Assembly (NCBI GenBank): GCA_964016885.1
Contig: OZ024756.1
Span: 25,172,001 to 25,236,000 of the forward strand
Length of the DNA stretch: 64,000 nt
Source: Eledone cirrhosa
Taxonomy: Eukaryota
Direction of reading: 5' to 3'
Positions 53,005 to 64,000 of the stretch are shown here, piece after piece. How positions within the stretch are numbered: the first letter of the stretch is position 1; every line of letters begins with the position of its first letter. The translations under genes were made by a program, and so were the position numbers. The notes beneath the pieces are model-generated. The model had not been told where the DNA came from. It searched no databases and worked only from the letters and a program-made list of their open reading frames with translations.

Positions 53005-56000
53005 CTACAGAACAATGTAGAGAGAAGGCCCATTTACACGGGCCATTCTCGCTTCTTTCACCCACCTTTCATAAAACTGTCTGGGACCAAGCACTTCTCT
53101 CTCCATCCTGATTCTTCTTCCGAAGTGGTATCGGAAGAAGTAAACCAGGTGATGGCCGGAGAGAAAGTCACCCGACCTCAGACCTTTCAGGCGCGTCCAC
53201 CACACAACCTCTTTCATCATGGCTATTACGCACAGAAAGACCGCCTCTGCTTCATTTCTGAAGGGAGGAGGCGGCTTGATGTTCACCACAGACTCGGCGG
53301 TTAATCGAATCGGCGCCACACGCGACAGCAGTCGTTCGACGTAGCCCCACAGATCGGCAACGCCCGGGCAGTGTACCAGTGCATGCGCAACGGTTTCCTC
53401 GTCGCGCACGCATCTGGGACAGATCTTTTTCGCGGGATCCCTGCCCGGGCGCCCGTGTCTGTAGAGCTTTTCTCGAACGGGCAGAGCCCCCCGGTAACAC
53501 TGCCAGGCTAGGGACCTCTGGAAGTTGTCCATGGGTCCCGGGCCGAAAGTTCTACCGAACAGACTGGCCAGTTCATCCTCCTCCATGCCTAGCGACTCTC
53601 CAAGGGTGTCGTCGCCCCTGCTAGCCACCAACCCTCTATAGAATGTCGAGGTGGATTCTCCACTGACAGTCGGGTTCGCTTGCCAGATAGCCGTGAGCGC
53701 CTGGGCACACTCGGTGTGCCAGTTGCCCAGTTTTCTCGGTCTTTGCTTCACCCAGGATTGCAGTTCGGTGAGCGAGACGAGCTGTGGGAAGGCTCGCCTC
53801 ACAAACGGGGCCCACGCCGGCTGACCGTTGAGGAATACCTGTAGATGCCGTAGCCTCAATGCGTGCCTACGCATCAACAGCCACGGCATACCCAGCCCTC
53901 CTTTCGAAGGGTGCTGGCAGCAGATGGATCTCCTCACCATGGGAGGCCGCTTCTTCCAGAGGAACTGGAAGAGCATGCGTTCCATGATGGTGAGCTTTTC
54001 CTTGGGGCAAGGCACGACGGTCAGGCGGTAGTAGATGACGGACGCTATGTAAGCGTTCGTCACCTCCGCCCGACCTTTCAGTGATAGTTTGCACTTGGCC
54101 CACTTCTGGGTCAGCGCAAACACCCTGCTCGTCACCTCGCCCCAATTCTTCTCCACCTGGAGGTCCGGTCCGAACCAGACCCCGAGCAGCTTCACCGGGC
54201 CCTCCGTCCACCGCCCGACGACACCGTCTAACGGCATCGGTTTGCCCCTCCACGTTCCGAGTTGCAAACCGACTGACTTGTCCTGGTTCAGCTTAGCCCC
54301 CGTCAGCCTTTCGTATTCCTCCAGTAGGGTGGCGATCGCCCCGATTTCCGAGGCGTCCGCCACCATTACTGTTACGTCGTCGGCATAGGCCGAGACCGCT
54401 TTGTGCAATCCCGGTTCCAGGGGTATGCCCCGCAGCAACTCCAACTTCCGCAGCAGTGGCTCGAGAGTCAATACGTACAGAAGGGAGGAGAGGGGGCACC
54501 CCTGTCTGATGGATCGGGTGATTTGAAACGGCTCCGAGAGGTAGCCGTTTACTTTAATCCTAGAGTAGATGTTGCCACTGTGCATGGCAGAAATCCAGCC
54601 CCTGAAAACGGGTCCGAAGCCCGCCGCCGCTAGCACCGCATCCAGGTAACCATGGTCGACCCTATCGAACGCCTTAGATTGATCCAAGTTGATCAGGGCC
54701 CCACCAAAGCCGGGTTCGTAGCCAACCCTCTCTATGATGTATCGCATGAGGTGGAGGTTGTCGTGAATGGACCTGGACGGGATAGCGCATGTCTGCGCGT
54801 CTCCCACCAAACCACCCACCACAAGCGCCAACCTCTTCGCCAACACCTTGGCCAAAATCTGTAACTCTGCATTCAGCAGAGTTATGGGCCTAAAGTTACT
54901 TAAGTCGTCCCCCTTGCTCTCGTCCTTCCTCACTAGCGTGACCACGCCCTTGGTCACAGAACAGGGAATTCTCCCGTTCTGTTGCCAGTTGCAATAGACA
55001 GCCTCGAGGAATTCGGAGAACAAGACCGGCATAGCTAAATAAAGTTCGTATGGTAGACCATCGAGACCCGGGGATTTGCGTCTGCTGCATTGGCTGAGCG
55101 CTTCCCCGATTTCAGTGGCTGTGATTGGCCTTTCGCAGCACTCCGCTTCGCCGCTCGAAAGACGCGGTAGACCGTCGAGGTATGGACCGAAGTCCACATC
55201 CCCGTCCGACCCCCCGCCACCTCCGAACAGTCGAGCAAAGTGCCTTTGAAAGGTCTCGCACATTCGCTCAGGTTCAAGGATCACCCGTCCATCCTGGTCT
55301 CGCAAAGACCGAATGGTGGATTTAATCCCACTCTTGGCTTCTGTCACGCGGGCCCAGCTAACAGCTTTGGTCCCCTCGTTTCCTAAAGCACGTATTTTAC
55401 TTCGGACAACGCAGCCTTCGTGCTTCGCGTCAAAGAACTGGCTCAATGCCGTTCTCGTCGCTAACACTCTGGCTACGTCTCCGCTCCTAATCGCCTCTTC
55501 TAGTTTATCTGTTAACTCTCTTTCCCTCCTATTTCTATTCGCCGCTAGTTCCTTACTGTAACCTATCGAACTTACTCTAATCTCTCTCTTTAGAGCTATC
55601 CACCACCTACTGTTGACGATCGCTCCCGTCAACCGCATCTTAACTAAGCTACTAATCCGGTTTCTGTAATCTTTCTTTGTCGGTAAGGACAAGTTCATCT
55701 TCCAGTAACCGGGACCCTGTCTATGCGTTCTATCAAGGTTGACCACGCAGGTCACTAATTTGTGATCTGAATAGCCAACCATGATTAATTCTGGACAACT
55801 AAATACGTCCCTATCCTTACTCCTAACCAAAAACCTATCTAGGTACGATCTAGATTGTCCACTGCGGTTTGCCCAGGTCCAGGTTGGCGCAGTTGGACAA
55901 TCTAGTCGAAATCTATCGACCAGGTCGAATCGATCGAGTAACCCCTTGAGGCTGCTACACCCCCCTCTATCGGGACATGCCCCTGCATAGTCCCAACGCG

Positions 56001-56436
56001 CATCTAGGATTCCATTCCAGTCCCCCACTAAAAGCAGGGAACGCGACGTTCCTAGAAAAGTCTCCAGACGCTGGAAGAAGTCGGCTCTTTCCGCCCCGAA
56101 GGGAGCATAAAGACCGACCAGTCTGAAAGCCCCGCCTTCACCGCCTCCGACGTCCAGCACCAGTAATCGACCCCCCGGGTCCGAGTGAACAATCTGTACG
56201 TCGAGAGTCAGACGTTTATCCAGCAGTACGGCAACTCCCCCCCCCCCGCCTCCGGGTTGACAGAGAGATGCGTGCATCTCAAAGTCATCGAAGGCGGGCG
56301 CCAGCTGTCTCACGCTGCTGATCCGACTCTCGCAAACAACCATCACATCTATACTTTGTGACCTGAGGTCACTTAGAAGCTTTGCTTGCTTCCAAGCTGA
56401 GCCCAGGCCACGCGCGTTCAAACAGCCAACTCTCAA
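53005..56436 (-). CDS. LINE ORF2: APE endonuclease + reverse transcriptase + C-terminal CCHC finger
   Basis: LNARGL, VCES, VGDWN, SYLDRF, YSDH (APE); KSPGLDG, FRPITLLN, LDQSKAFD, RQGCPLS, YADD (RT); CPRC..ETVAHALVHC; 1143 codons without stop; opens on TTG. Confidence 0.95.
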   Translation of the reverse strand: MRVGCLNARGLGSAWKQAKLLSDLRSQSIDVMVVCESRISSVRQLAPAFDDFEMHASLCQPGGGGGGVAVLLDKRLTLDVQIVHSDPGGRLLVLDVGGGEGGAFRLVGLYAPFGAERADFFQRLETFLGTSRSLLLVGDWNGILDARWDYAGACPDRGGCSSLKGLLDRFDLVDRFRLDCPTAPTWTWANRSGQSRSYLDRFLVRSKDRDVFSCPELIMVGYSDHKLVTCVVNLDRTHRQGPGYWKMNLSLPTKKDYRNRISSLVKMRLTGAIVNSRWWIALKREIRVSSIGYSKELAANRNRRERELTDKLEEAIRSGDVARVLATRTALSQFFDAKHEGCVVRSKIRALGNEGTKAVSWARVTEAKSGIKSTIRSLRDQDGRVILEPERMCETFQRHFARLFGGGGGSDGDVDFGPYLDGLPRLSSGEAECCERPITATEIGEALSQCSRRKSPGLDGLPYELYLAMPVLFSEFLEAVYCNWQQNGRIPCSVTKGVVTLVRKDESKGDDLSNFRPITLLNAELQILAKVLAKRLALVVGGLVGDAQTCAIPSRSIHDNLHLMRYIIERVGYEPGFGGALINLDQSKAFDRVDHGYLDAVLAAAGFGPVFRGWISAMHSGNIYSRIKVNGYLSEPFQITRSIRQGCPLSSLLYVLTLEPLLRKLELLRGIPLEPGLHKAVSAYADDVTVMVADASEIGAIATLLEEYERLTGAKLNQDKSVGLQLGTWRGKPMPLDGVVGRWTEGPVKLLGVWFGPDLQVEKNWGEVTSRVFALTQKWAKCKLSLKGRAEVTNAYIASVIYYRLTVVPCPKEKLTIMERMLFQFLWKKRPPMVRRSICCQHPSKGGLGMPWLLMRRHALRLRHLQVFLNGQPAWAPFVRRAFPQLVSLTELQSWVKQRPRKLGNWHTECAQALTAIWQANPTVSGESTSTFYRGLVASRGDDTLGESLGMEEDELASLFGRTFGPGPMDNFQRSLAWQCYRGALPVREKLYRHGRPGRDPAKKICPRCVRDEETVAHALVHCPGVADLWGYVERLLSRVAPIRLTAESVVNIKPPPPFRNEAEAVFLCVIAMMKEVVWWTRLKGLRSGDFLSGHHLVYFFRYHFGRRIRMEREVLGPRQFYERWVKEARMARVNGPSLYIVL

Positions 56437-56441
56437 TTGAT

Positions 56442-58268
56442 CTATTTTGGTGTTGAAAGTGAAGAAAGAAAAGCACTTACCTCTCCGGGTTGCGTAATTT
56501 CCATGGCATCAGGTGTGTTGGGTGGAGGGATGTTTTGTGGTGGTGTGGGTGTACACGTGTGTGGTGGGGTTGGGGTATTTGGAGTTGTGTCAGGGAGAGG
56601 GGCGGTTATGGGGAAATCTTTCAAGAGGACGCGATTCAACGGTTTTAAACAGGGGGGGCTCACGTCCCGTCTAAATTGTTCTTTTAAGGAACGATAAAGG
56701 TCCAGAGGGACCTTTATCATTTTTAAATGGGTGAAGTTCTCTGTTGAGATAAAGTTTGGCCCTTCGGTCTGCACCATAGGGTTATTGTTTATTAATTTAA
56801 CCAGTTTTTTGTTTTCTTTATTTATATATGTGTATTGCAACGTCTTTTTTTGTGATGCTGTCAATGTTTCGGAGAGGGGAGGCGCAGATTTATTTTTGTT
56901 TGTTGAGGGTGGGGTGTTTTTGATTGGAGTTGGTGTTTGTGTGTGGGTTATTTGTGGTGTGCTGGGTGTGTGTTTTCTTTTTTTTCTTTTAACTTGTCTG
57001 AAGGCTTCTCCTCCTTCTTCTTCAGAAGTTGGGGGAAACTCTTCAGCGCTAGGTGGGAGGGACGTGTTGTGTGGTTGTTTTTTTTTTGCGGGAGGGGTAG
57101 ATTTGTTACTGTTTTTTTTATTATTTGTTTGGAATGGGTTTTGTGGTGGTGGTGGTAATGTTTGTGTCGTGCTTGTGGTTGGTGATGGTGGTGTTTGTGT
57201 TGTGGTTGGTGGTGGTGATTTTTGTGTCGTGCTTGTGTTTGGTGCTGGTGGTGGTGATGTTTGTGTTGTGTTTGTGGTTGGTGGTGTCTGTATTTTGTTT
57301 GCTGTGTGTGGTATTAGTGTATTTTTGGAGGTGGGTGGTGTTGGTGTACTGTTTGTGGTGGGTGTGGGCAATAGTCCTTTTTGGGGGATACGTTTCGGGC
57401 AGTTAGCCTTAACGTGTCCCCTTTCCATGCATAAATAGCATGCTGGTCTTCTCCCCTCTACAATTATGTCTATTGGGGTAAGGTCATCCAGCCAGATGCG
57501 ATCCGGGATTTGTGCTATTCTTTCGGGCCTCATTTGGACTAGTATGTCGAGGCCCATTCCCAGGAACGCATCTCCAGTTGCCTTCCCCATTGACAGCATT
57601 GTGTCTTCGCCCATATCAATGAAGCCAGCAATAGCCCACCAGAAGTCCATTGTGGGCAGCATTGTTTTTACTTTTACTCTCTGTGTTCTTCTACCCATGT
57701 AGGAGGGATAGAAGCTATATGTTGTCGATGAGAGTGGGCTTAAGGAAAGCTTCTCCGCCGTTTCCTTGTCTCTTGTTAGGACCGAAATGCTGCCATAGAG
57801 TCGGTCCTTTCGTATGAAGAGAATATTCTTCATATAGTCTTTTAGGACTAACTCTATCTCCATTTGGCTGGGCTGTGCTGGCTTTCTTGTCTGGTTCAGT
57901 ATAGTTCTGTAGAGAACTGTGTTTTCTGCTCTGGCTTTCTTGAATTCTGGGGGGGAGTTAATGGAAAACATTCCGTTCTCCCCCAAAACAATGTGTTTCT
58001 TTGCTTCGGCCAGTTTTTCTCTGGCGGCAGTTAGGTCAATTGGTGTGTATGTAATGGATTGTTTTGTTTTCTGGGCGAAAGTTGCCCTGTTGTTATTTGT
58101 ATTATTTTCTGTTTGTTTGTTTTCTGTTTGCTCATTTTCCTTAACATTTGTTTTTTCATTTTCTTTGTTTGTTTCATTGTCTAATTTTGTTGTAATTATT
58201 TTTTGTTCTTCAGACTTGGGGGGCGTGGCAGAGCTAATGGCAGACATGTCTGCCATCTTTTCCGCCAT
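56442..58268 (-). CDS. LINE ORF1 (gag-like, CCHC zinc knuckle, Pro/Thr-rich tail)
   Basis: CYLCMERGHVKANCP knuckle; first ATG (MAEKMAD) at 58268; directly upstream of ORF2. Confidence 0.88.
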   Translation of the reverse strand: MAEKMADMSAISSATPPKSEEQKIITTKLDNETNKENEKTNVKENEQTENKQTENNTNNNRATFAQKTKQSITYTPIDLTAAREKLAEAKKHIVLGENGMFSINSPPEFKKARAENTVLYRTILNQTRKPAQPSQMEIELVLKDYMKNILFIRKDRLYGSISVLTRDKETAEKLSLSPLSSTTYSFYPSYMGRRTQRVKVKTMLPTMDFWWAIAGFIDMGEDTMLSMGKATGDAFLGMGLDILVQMRPERIAQIPDRIWLDDLTPIDIIVEGRRPACYLCMERGHVKANCPKRIPQKGLLPTPTTNSTPTPPTSKNTLIPHTANKIQTPPTTNTTQTSPPPAPNTSTTQKSPPPTTTQTPPSPTTSTTQTLPPPPQNPFQTNNKKNSNKSTPPAKKKQPHNTSLPPSAEEFPPTSEEEGGEAFRQVKRKKRKHTPSTPQITHTQTPTPIKNTPPSTNKNKSAPPLSETLTASQKKTLQYTYINKENKKLVKLINNNPMVQTEGPNFISTENFTHLKMIKVPLDLYRSLKEQFRRDVSPPCLKPLNRVLLKDFPITAPLPDTTPNTPTPPHTCTPTPPQNIPPPNTPDAMEITQPGEVSAFLSSLSTPK

Positions 58269-58494
58269 GCTGCCAAGAAAGAAATTTTTCGGCAAAAATA
58301 GATATTTATTTTACCCCCTAAAAAGGGGGTAAATGCAAACATGTTTCCCTAAAAAACAGGGGTTAGTGTTCCAAATGTGTTGCACTGAAAAATTTATCCG
58401 GTACTTACAATAGTAAGGGTAAATCCCGATGGAATAGCGGAGCCGATGTGAAGCGTGTCTTACTCTATCAAGATAGATAGATAGATAGATAGAT

Positions 58495-58552
<58 letters not shown>

Positions 58553-58553
<1 letters not shown>

Positions 58554-59119
58554 TGTTTCTTTTATTTGCCACCAGGGCATCAAAAGTGGGACAAGTACAA
58601 TGGGGGGAGTTTACAAAACAAGGCGTCCTCAATAAGGAGGAGGCAATAACAACATATAAAAATAAAATAAAATATAACAGAATAAAATTTATAACAAAAT
58701 CCTCAATAGAGAGGAGGCGCCTTGTGGGGTCGCACACACCCCCGAAAAAAAGTGTGCAACCCTTTTCCTCAGGAGCACAGAGAAGGGGTGCTCCCTTGGT
58801 CTTTCATCTTCCTCACCTATAGTCTGATGTAGAGTGAAGGCCCATTCACACGGGCCATTCTCGCCACTTTCACCCATCTTTCATAAAAACGGCTGGGATG
58901 CAGCACCTCTCTCTCCATCCTGATCCTTCTTCCGAAATGATATCGGAAGAAACGGACCAGTTGTTGGCCAGAGAGAAAGGTGTCTGACCTCAGTCCTTTC
59001 AGACGCGTCCACCATACAACCTCTTTCGCCAGGGCTATTACGCACAGAAACACCGCCTCTTCTTCGTTTTTGAAGAGGGGAGGCGGCTTGATCGTTACAA
59101 TAGACTCGGTGGTCAACCG

Positions 59120-59120
<1 letters not shown>
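58553..59120 (-). mobile_element. 5'-truncated copy of related Tx1/L1 subfamily, flanked by (GATA)n; another 3' tip at 52645-52755
   Basis: ORF 58817-59116 closely matches the ORF2 C-terminus (KEVVWWTRLKGLRS..RVNGPSLYI). Confidence 0.92.
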
Positions 59121-59191
<71 letters not shown>

Positions 59192-59199
59192 TTTTTATT

Positions 59200-59275
<76 letters not shown>

Positions 59276-59464
59276 TAGGAGATCTTCAAGCTGTTTTATT
59301 CCGTGTAATTTATTTCCTTAGTCTGAAACCAATTTTATCGAGTTCATGGAAAAAAAAATGATTGCTTTGCCTTCAAGATATTCCGATATAAATAAGAAAC
59401 CCCAAACCACACATTCCACACTCTCACACACTTTCTTTCTCTCTCTCTATATATATATATATAT

Positions 59465-59582
<118 letters not shown>

Positions 59583-59910
59583 GGAAAAAATGAAATTTCA
59601 TTTCTCACTCTTAGTACGGCTGATACTTAAATGTAAGTATGTACACGTACATACATATATGTATACAGACGTACAGTAGTATGTATATATATACATACAT
59701 GCACACATATATATATACGTATGGGTTTACCGAGCATTTATTATAATGCTCGGTTTGTTTGTAAACAAACAGACCGAATTAAGCCGTACAGTGTTCGGCA
59801 GCCATCGCTGCCCTATTTGTTCAACACTGACAAAGAAACGATGAACTAGTTTCTAGCTTCTTAGCTGTCATCAGCACCGTATACCTTCCTGTCAGTTAAT
59901 TGAACGTTTG

Positions 59911-59951
<41 letters not shown>

Positions 59952-60630
59952 CGATGATTTGATCAGAGACACACACTGTATTTAGGGTCGAGTGACTCAA
60001 CTTCGAGTGATCAGCGGCCTTTAGACTCACCTGATCAATGAAACAATTGTTAATACTGTAAATAAAACCCTTTTTGTACAGCCGACCATATTATTCTTCA
60101 CTCTTTCACTATATATATATATATATATATATAAAGAAAAAGAGATGAAATCGAAAATGCAACTGAAGTCTTATTTTTTTTAAAAATATATATATTTATT
60201 TGGTTCCTTTACCGGTTTCGCAGTTCTTCTGCTTTTCAAAAGGTGAGTTGAGATGGAGGGTCTGTGGTTTTTCTCATTAGATTATGCAAGAAATGCTTAG
60301 GATTATCCTGAATGCATTAATGGTTAATTATTATACTAGATACAGTTGACGTACGGTGAGGGGTTACTCAACGAGTTATGGAAGTATAGTCGGAAAAACT
60401 CAGTTTCTGATCCTCCTGTATTCCGGAGTGTAGATAAAGAATGAATAATAACAGGTAGACATCATAAAAAAAGGTAATTTATTCCGAGTGCTTACAAATG
60501 TTTCAACAGTAGTTATACAGCCTAGTCATGCTATGTGCAAATTAATAATTATTTGATTGCAGAAACTCAATTTTCAAATGCTGCCACTACCGTTTCCTCA
60601 GAGCAGAATATATATATATATATATATATA

Positions 60631-60762
60631 GGAACAAGTAAGACCCCGACGGGTGAGCTCAAGCCGTTTCGACGGCTAATTCTGTACTACCCACTCTACT
60701 ACCCTAAGTATTGAGTACTTTGGTGCGTTGTGGTCCACCTGGTTCCTTACCACATTTCCTTC
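60631..60762. mobile_element. TA-flanked mini-element, rearranged relative to related copy about 61500-61670
   Basis: 60645-60676 is direct to 61613-61645; 60677-60755 is reverse-complementary to 61530-61608. Confidence 0.6.
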
Positions 60763-60763
60763 G

Positions 60764-60858
<95 letters not shown>

Positions 60859-62333
60859 TCTTTCTCTCCCCTTCACACACACACACAAACAAACACAAAC
60901 CAAATATACGAAGTTTCCAATGTGTTCTCCAGATTTTATTTTTAGGTTATTGTTGCTGTTGTTGTAGTTGATTACATTGTTGCTGCTCTTGATATTGTTG
61001 TTGCTGTAATCGTTGTTGATTGAGCCTTGAGTAGACCTATAAACAATTATAATCCTTCCTGGGAATCTATCGTCCATTGTCACTCTTATACTGATAACCC
61101 GCCCATCTTGTGATACAAACACGACAAAAAATCTAGCATCAACATCAAAAAATCTAGCATCATTCTCCTGACCGTCGCACTTGTATTTCTCTGCCCCCAA
61201 ATATTGGGGCATAGGTATATAGGTGGTTGTGTACTTCAACATGTATGCCTGTTTTGAGAGAGACTGTTTCCACTTTAAACAATGACGCACACGGTACCAT
61301 ATGTTAGAACTCGATCAAAGGAAAGGATCCACCCCAACATATTTGTTAAGAATTCTTTTGTTCGTTATTTTCAAGAGATATGAAAATCTCTTCCATTTTT
61401 TTGAGAAGACAGAAAATATAGATAATTTTTCCTTTGCTTGCTCCCCTGTGTAATAATGTTATAAAGTGATACTGTTCTTCGAAACACGTCTCCAAGAAAA
61501 GATATATTTTAAGGAAAAGATGAGATAAAGTGTGATAAAAACCTGCTAGAACATAACCCACCAGAGTACTCAATACTTGGGTAGTAGAATGGTAATAGGA
61601 ATAGATTCAGGTCTCCGACAGCTGAGCCCCGGCCGCCTCGACAGCCCCCGTCGAAGTCAACGTGCTTTTCGCCTTTTTCTCTCATCTCTCTCCTCTGGAA
61701 GAAATCGTCTGCATGCAGACCAGCGTTAGGGATGAACCCCGCCTAGTCACTGCAGCGCTACTAGGACTTCATCAGTAATTACTTGTACATATATACATGC
61801 ATACATATACGTATATTTAGAATGGTATTTTTGGAAATTAAAATATTTTATTCTTTTTTCATATTTCACCCTGGCTCCTTACATTTTGATCCTGGCTTTG
61901 ATTCTGAAATTCAAATCCCACTCAGGTCAATTTTGCCTTTCATCGTTTCAGTGATGATAAAATAAAGCACCAGTCAGATATTGGGGTTGATTTGATCAAC
62001 TTTGCCCTTCCCCTAAATTTTCTGGCCTAAATTAGCAATATATATGTTGCTGTGCTATATATTGATTTTATATACATAAGTATTGTACACATTAGTATTA
62101 TTCTTTACATTGTTTTCTGTTTGTGGTCTGTCATTCATATAGTGTTAATGTTCTTTAAAGAGACGTTGTTCAGAATTCCAATAACTATTTTCTATATGTA
62201 AACAACATAAACGAGAATCGAAATTTGCCTAAAAAAATAGAATTTTTTTTTTCTATTGTCTAAGTTCAGTGTGTTTGTCTAGATGTTTCACAACTATAGT
62301 GTTTGTAGTAAAATTCATTCGCTTCGACTAATA

Positions 62334-62713
62334 GTGGTTTCTGATTTAGGCACAAGGCCAGCAATAATGGTGCTTTATTTTGTCGACTCCGTAAGGGTGA
62401 AAAGCAAATCTAACCTCGGCGAGATTTGAACTCAAGACCACAGCTTTATGCTGCAAAGCGTGTTGTCTGACTAATGATAATAATAACAATGATAATAATG
62501 ATTTCTAGTGTAGGCACAAGGCCAGTAATTTGGAGGAGGGGAAAGTCGATTAAATCGACCCCAATACGTTACTGGTACTTTATTTTATCGATCCCGTAAG
62601 GATGAAAGGTAAAGTTAACCTCGGCGGGATTTGAACTCAGACCGTAAAGGGCCATAACTCTATGCTGCAAAGCATGGTGTCCGACTCTCTACCGATACTG
62701 CCAATCCACCGCC
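62334..62713 (-). mobile_element. Two tandem SINEs (diverged 62334-62471; long-tail 62497-62713)
   Basis: Family match. Confidence 0.87.
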
Positions 62714-62734
62714 CAATAATAATGATAATAATAA

Positions 62735-63155
62735 TAATTGTTTCATTTATTGGCCACAAGGGCCGACATATGGGGGACAATACAATAGACGGGGACAGTG
62801 GGGGTTTGCATAAAATCGAGTAAAAAAAATATAAAAACAATAACAAGAAACAAGAATAATACAAGCAACGGAGTTCCCCAACAAAGAGGATAACCACCCA
62901 GGGGTAATTCAGGTACTCCACCAATCCTGAACCACCCGACGCTTCGAGAGCAGAGTAGGCCCAGTCACACGAGCCATTCTCGCCACATTCACCCACCTTT
63001 TAGCAAATGTACTGGGAAGGGGGTGCAGTACTTCTCTCTCCATTCACACCTTCCTTTCCAAGTTAAACTTAAAAAAGTTGATGAGGGATTGGCCGAAGAG
63101 AAAAAGTGTCTGTCTTCAGTCCTTTCAACATGGTCCACCACACAACCTCTTTTGC
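62735..63155 (-). mobile_element. Diverged 3' fragment of Tx1/L1-like LINE ending in (ATT)n
   Basis: KEVVWWT.LKGL..RWVNVARMARV.GP.L similarity; 3' end GGCCCTTGTGGCCAATAAATGAAACAATTATT. Confidence 0.8.
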
Positions 63156-63229
63156 TACGGCCTCCAGACAGAGGAAAATTGCCCACCCATTAATACAAAG
63201 AAAAAACATAAAAAATTGTGAAAAAAATA

Positions 63230-63900
63230 AAATCTAAATTGAAAACATCTCCAGAATGCACCAACACTACGAAATTCCAATAAGTTGTCAGAGAATGACA
63301 AAGCAACCATATTCTGAGATATCCCAATACAAATAGACAGGGAAATCAAAGCCATCTGACCGAGAGGATTGGCAGTATCGGTAGAAGGTCAGACGCCATG
63401 CTTTGCAGCATAGAGTTACGACCCTTTATGATCTGATTTCAAATCCCGTCGAGGTTAACTTTGCCTTTCATCCTTACGGGGTCGATAAAATAAATCACCA
63501 GTAATGAACTAGGATAATTGCTGGCCTTGTGCCAAAAGTAGAAACAATTATAATTAATATCTTCACAGACGACAATATAACTATCAAGGAAATGGAGAAA
63601 TTATCCAAATATAAAGATCTGGAGAGAGAAATAAACAAAATGTAGATGATGAAAACAGAAACAACCCCTATAATAATAGGTGCTCTGAGAATGATGAAAT
63701 AAAACACAGACAGATACGTACCCAATAACTTACAAATATATACAACATATAGAAAATAGCACTATTAAGCACTGCAGATATGTTACGAAGAATATTCTCA
63801 ATGCAATAGAAATAACAACACTGCACATACTCAAGGCACACAAAGCTGTGCTCGGAAAATGCAGTAACAACACATAATAAAAATAAGACTAATAACAACA
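63230..63900 (+). mobile_element. Degenerate R4/Dong-like RLE fragment interrupted by a SINE (63367-63553)
   Basis: IL.DIPIQ.DREIKA, KE.EKLSKYKDL..EI.KM, TTPIIIGAL, IALLST..LRRILS; SINE head, core and tail inside. Confidence 0.75.
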
Positions 63901-64000
63901 ATAATTTCTATATTTGTCACTGGGACTGAAAATATTGATGAAAATTCAATAAACAGGGATAATGGAGATTTATATATAGACGGGCAAACAGAGAACAACA

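Larger units (their letters stand above)
52773..58469 (-). mobile_element. Apparently full-length Tx1/L1-clade LINE inserted in (GATA)n
   Basis: 5' UTR, ORF1, ORF2 and 3' UTR ending GCCCTCGTGGCAAATAAATAGAAAT; GATA repeats at 52757-52772 and 58470-58552. Confidence 0.93.

Noticed and set aside
56442-56480. 39-nt intron fusing LINE ORF1 to ORF2
   Set aside because: Removing it keeps the ORF1 frame and hits TGA after two codons (GAG ATC AAT TGA); it does not enter the ORF2 frame
52908-58332. Plus-strand and alternate-frame ORFs over the LINE
   Set aside because: Shadow ORFs of a GC-rich coding region with no motifs
60990-61480. Possible exon or transposase remnant within ORF 60676-61290
   Set aside because: No recognisable motif, non-ATG start, runs into microsatellite; unresolved without BLASTX
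61690-61780. Minus-strand CTGATGA with hairpins (also plus-strand CTGATGA at 31716)
   Set aside because: No suitably placed GAAA closing stem II, so not called a hammerhead

Overview
AT-rich, microsatellite-laden animal genomic DNA; the repeat content suggests an octopus/cephalopod (inference, not verified). The only host genes I can support are two tandem minus-strand galactose-3-O-sulfotransferase (GAL3ST-family) paralogs (catalytic exons 3237-4428 and 13302-14505), with a likely start exon at 24159-24190. The rest is mobile DNA: an apparently intact two-ORF Tx1/L1-type LINE (about 52.8-58.5 kb) in (GATA)n; decayed R4/Dong-like, RTE and hAT elements; more than 20 copies of a tRNA-derived SINE whose 3' tail resembles the Tx1 LINE 3' end; and many Penelope-like (GIY-YIG) pieces. 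The most notable signal is a dense set of (TA)n-embedded Penelope-type mini-elements. Many carry minimal hammerhead-ribozyme cores, about 11 form fold-back palindromes, and four families show the same rearrangement, with the distal 3' tail inverted at the 5' end. Coordinates were read by eye and may be off by a few bases; no database search was run.
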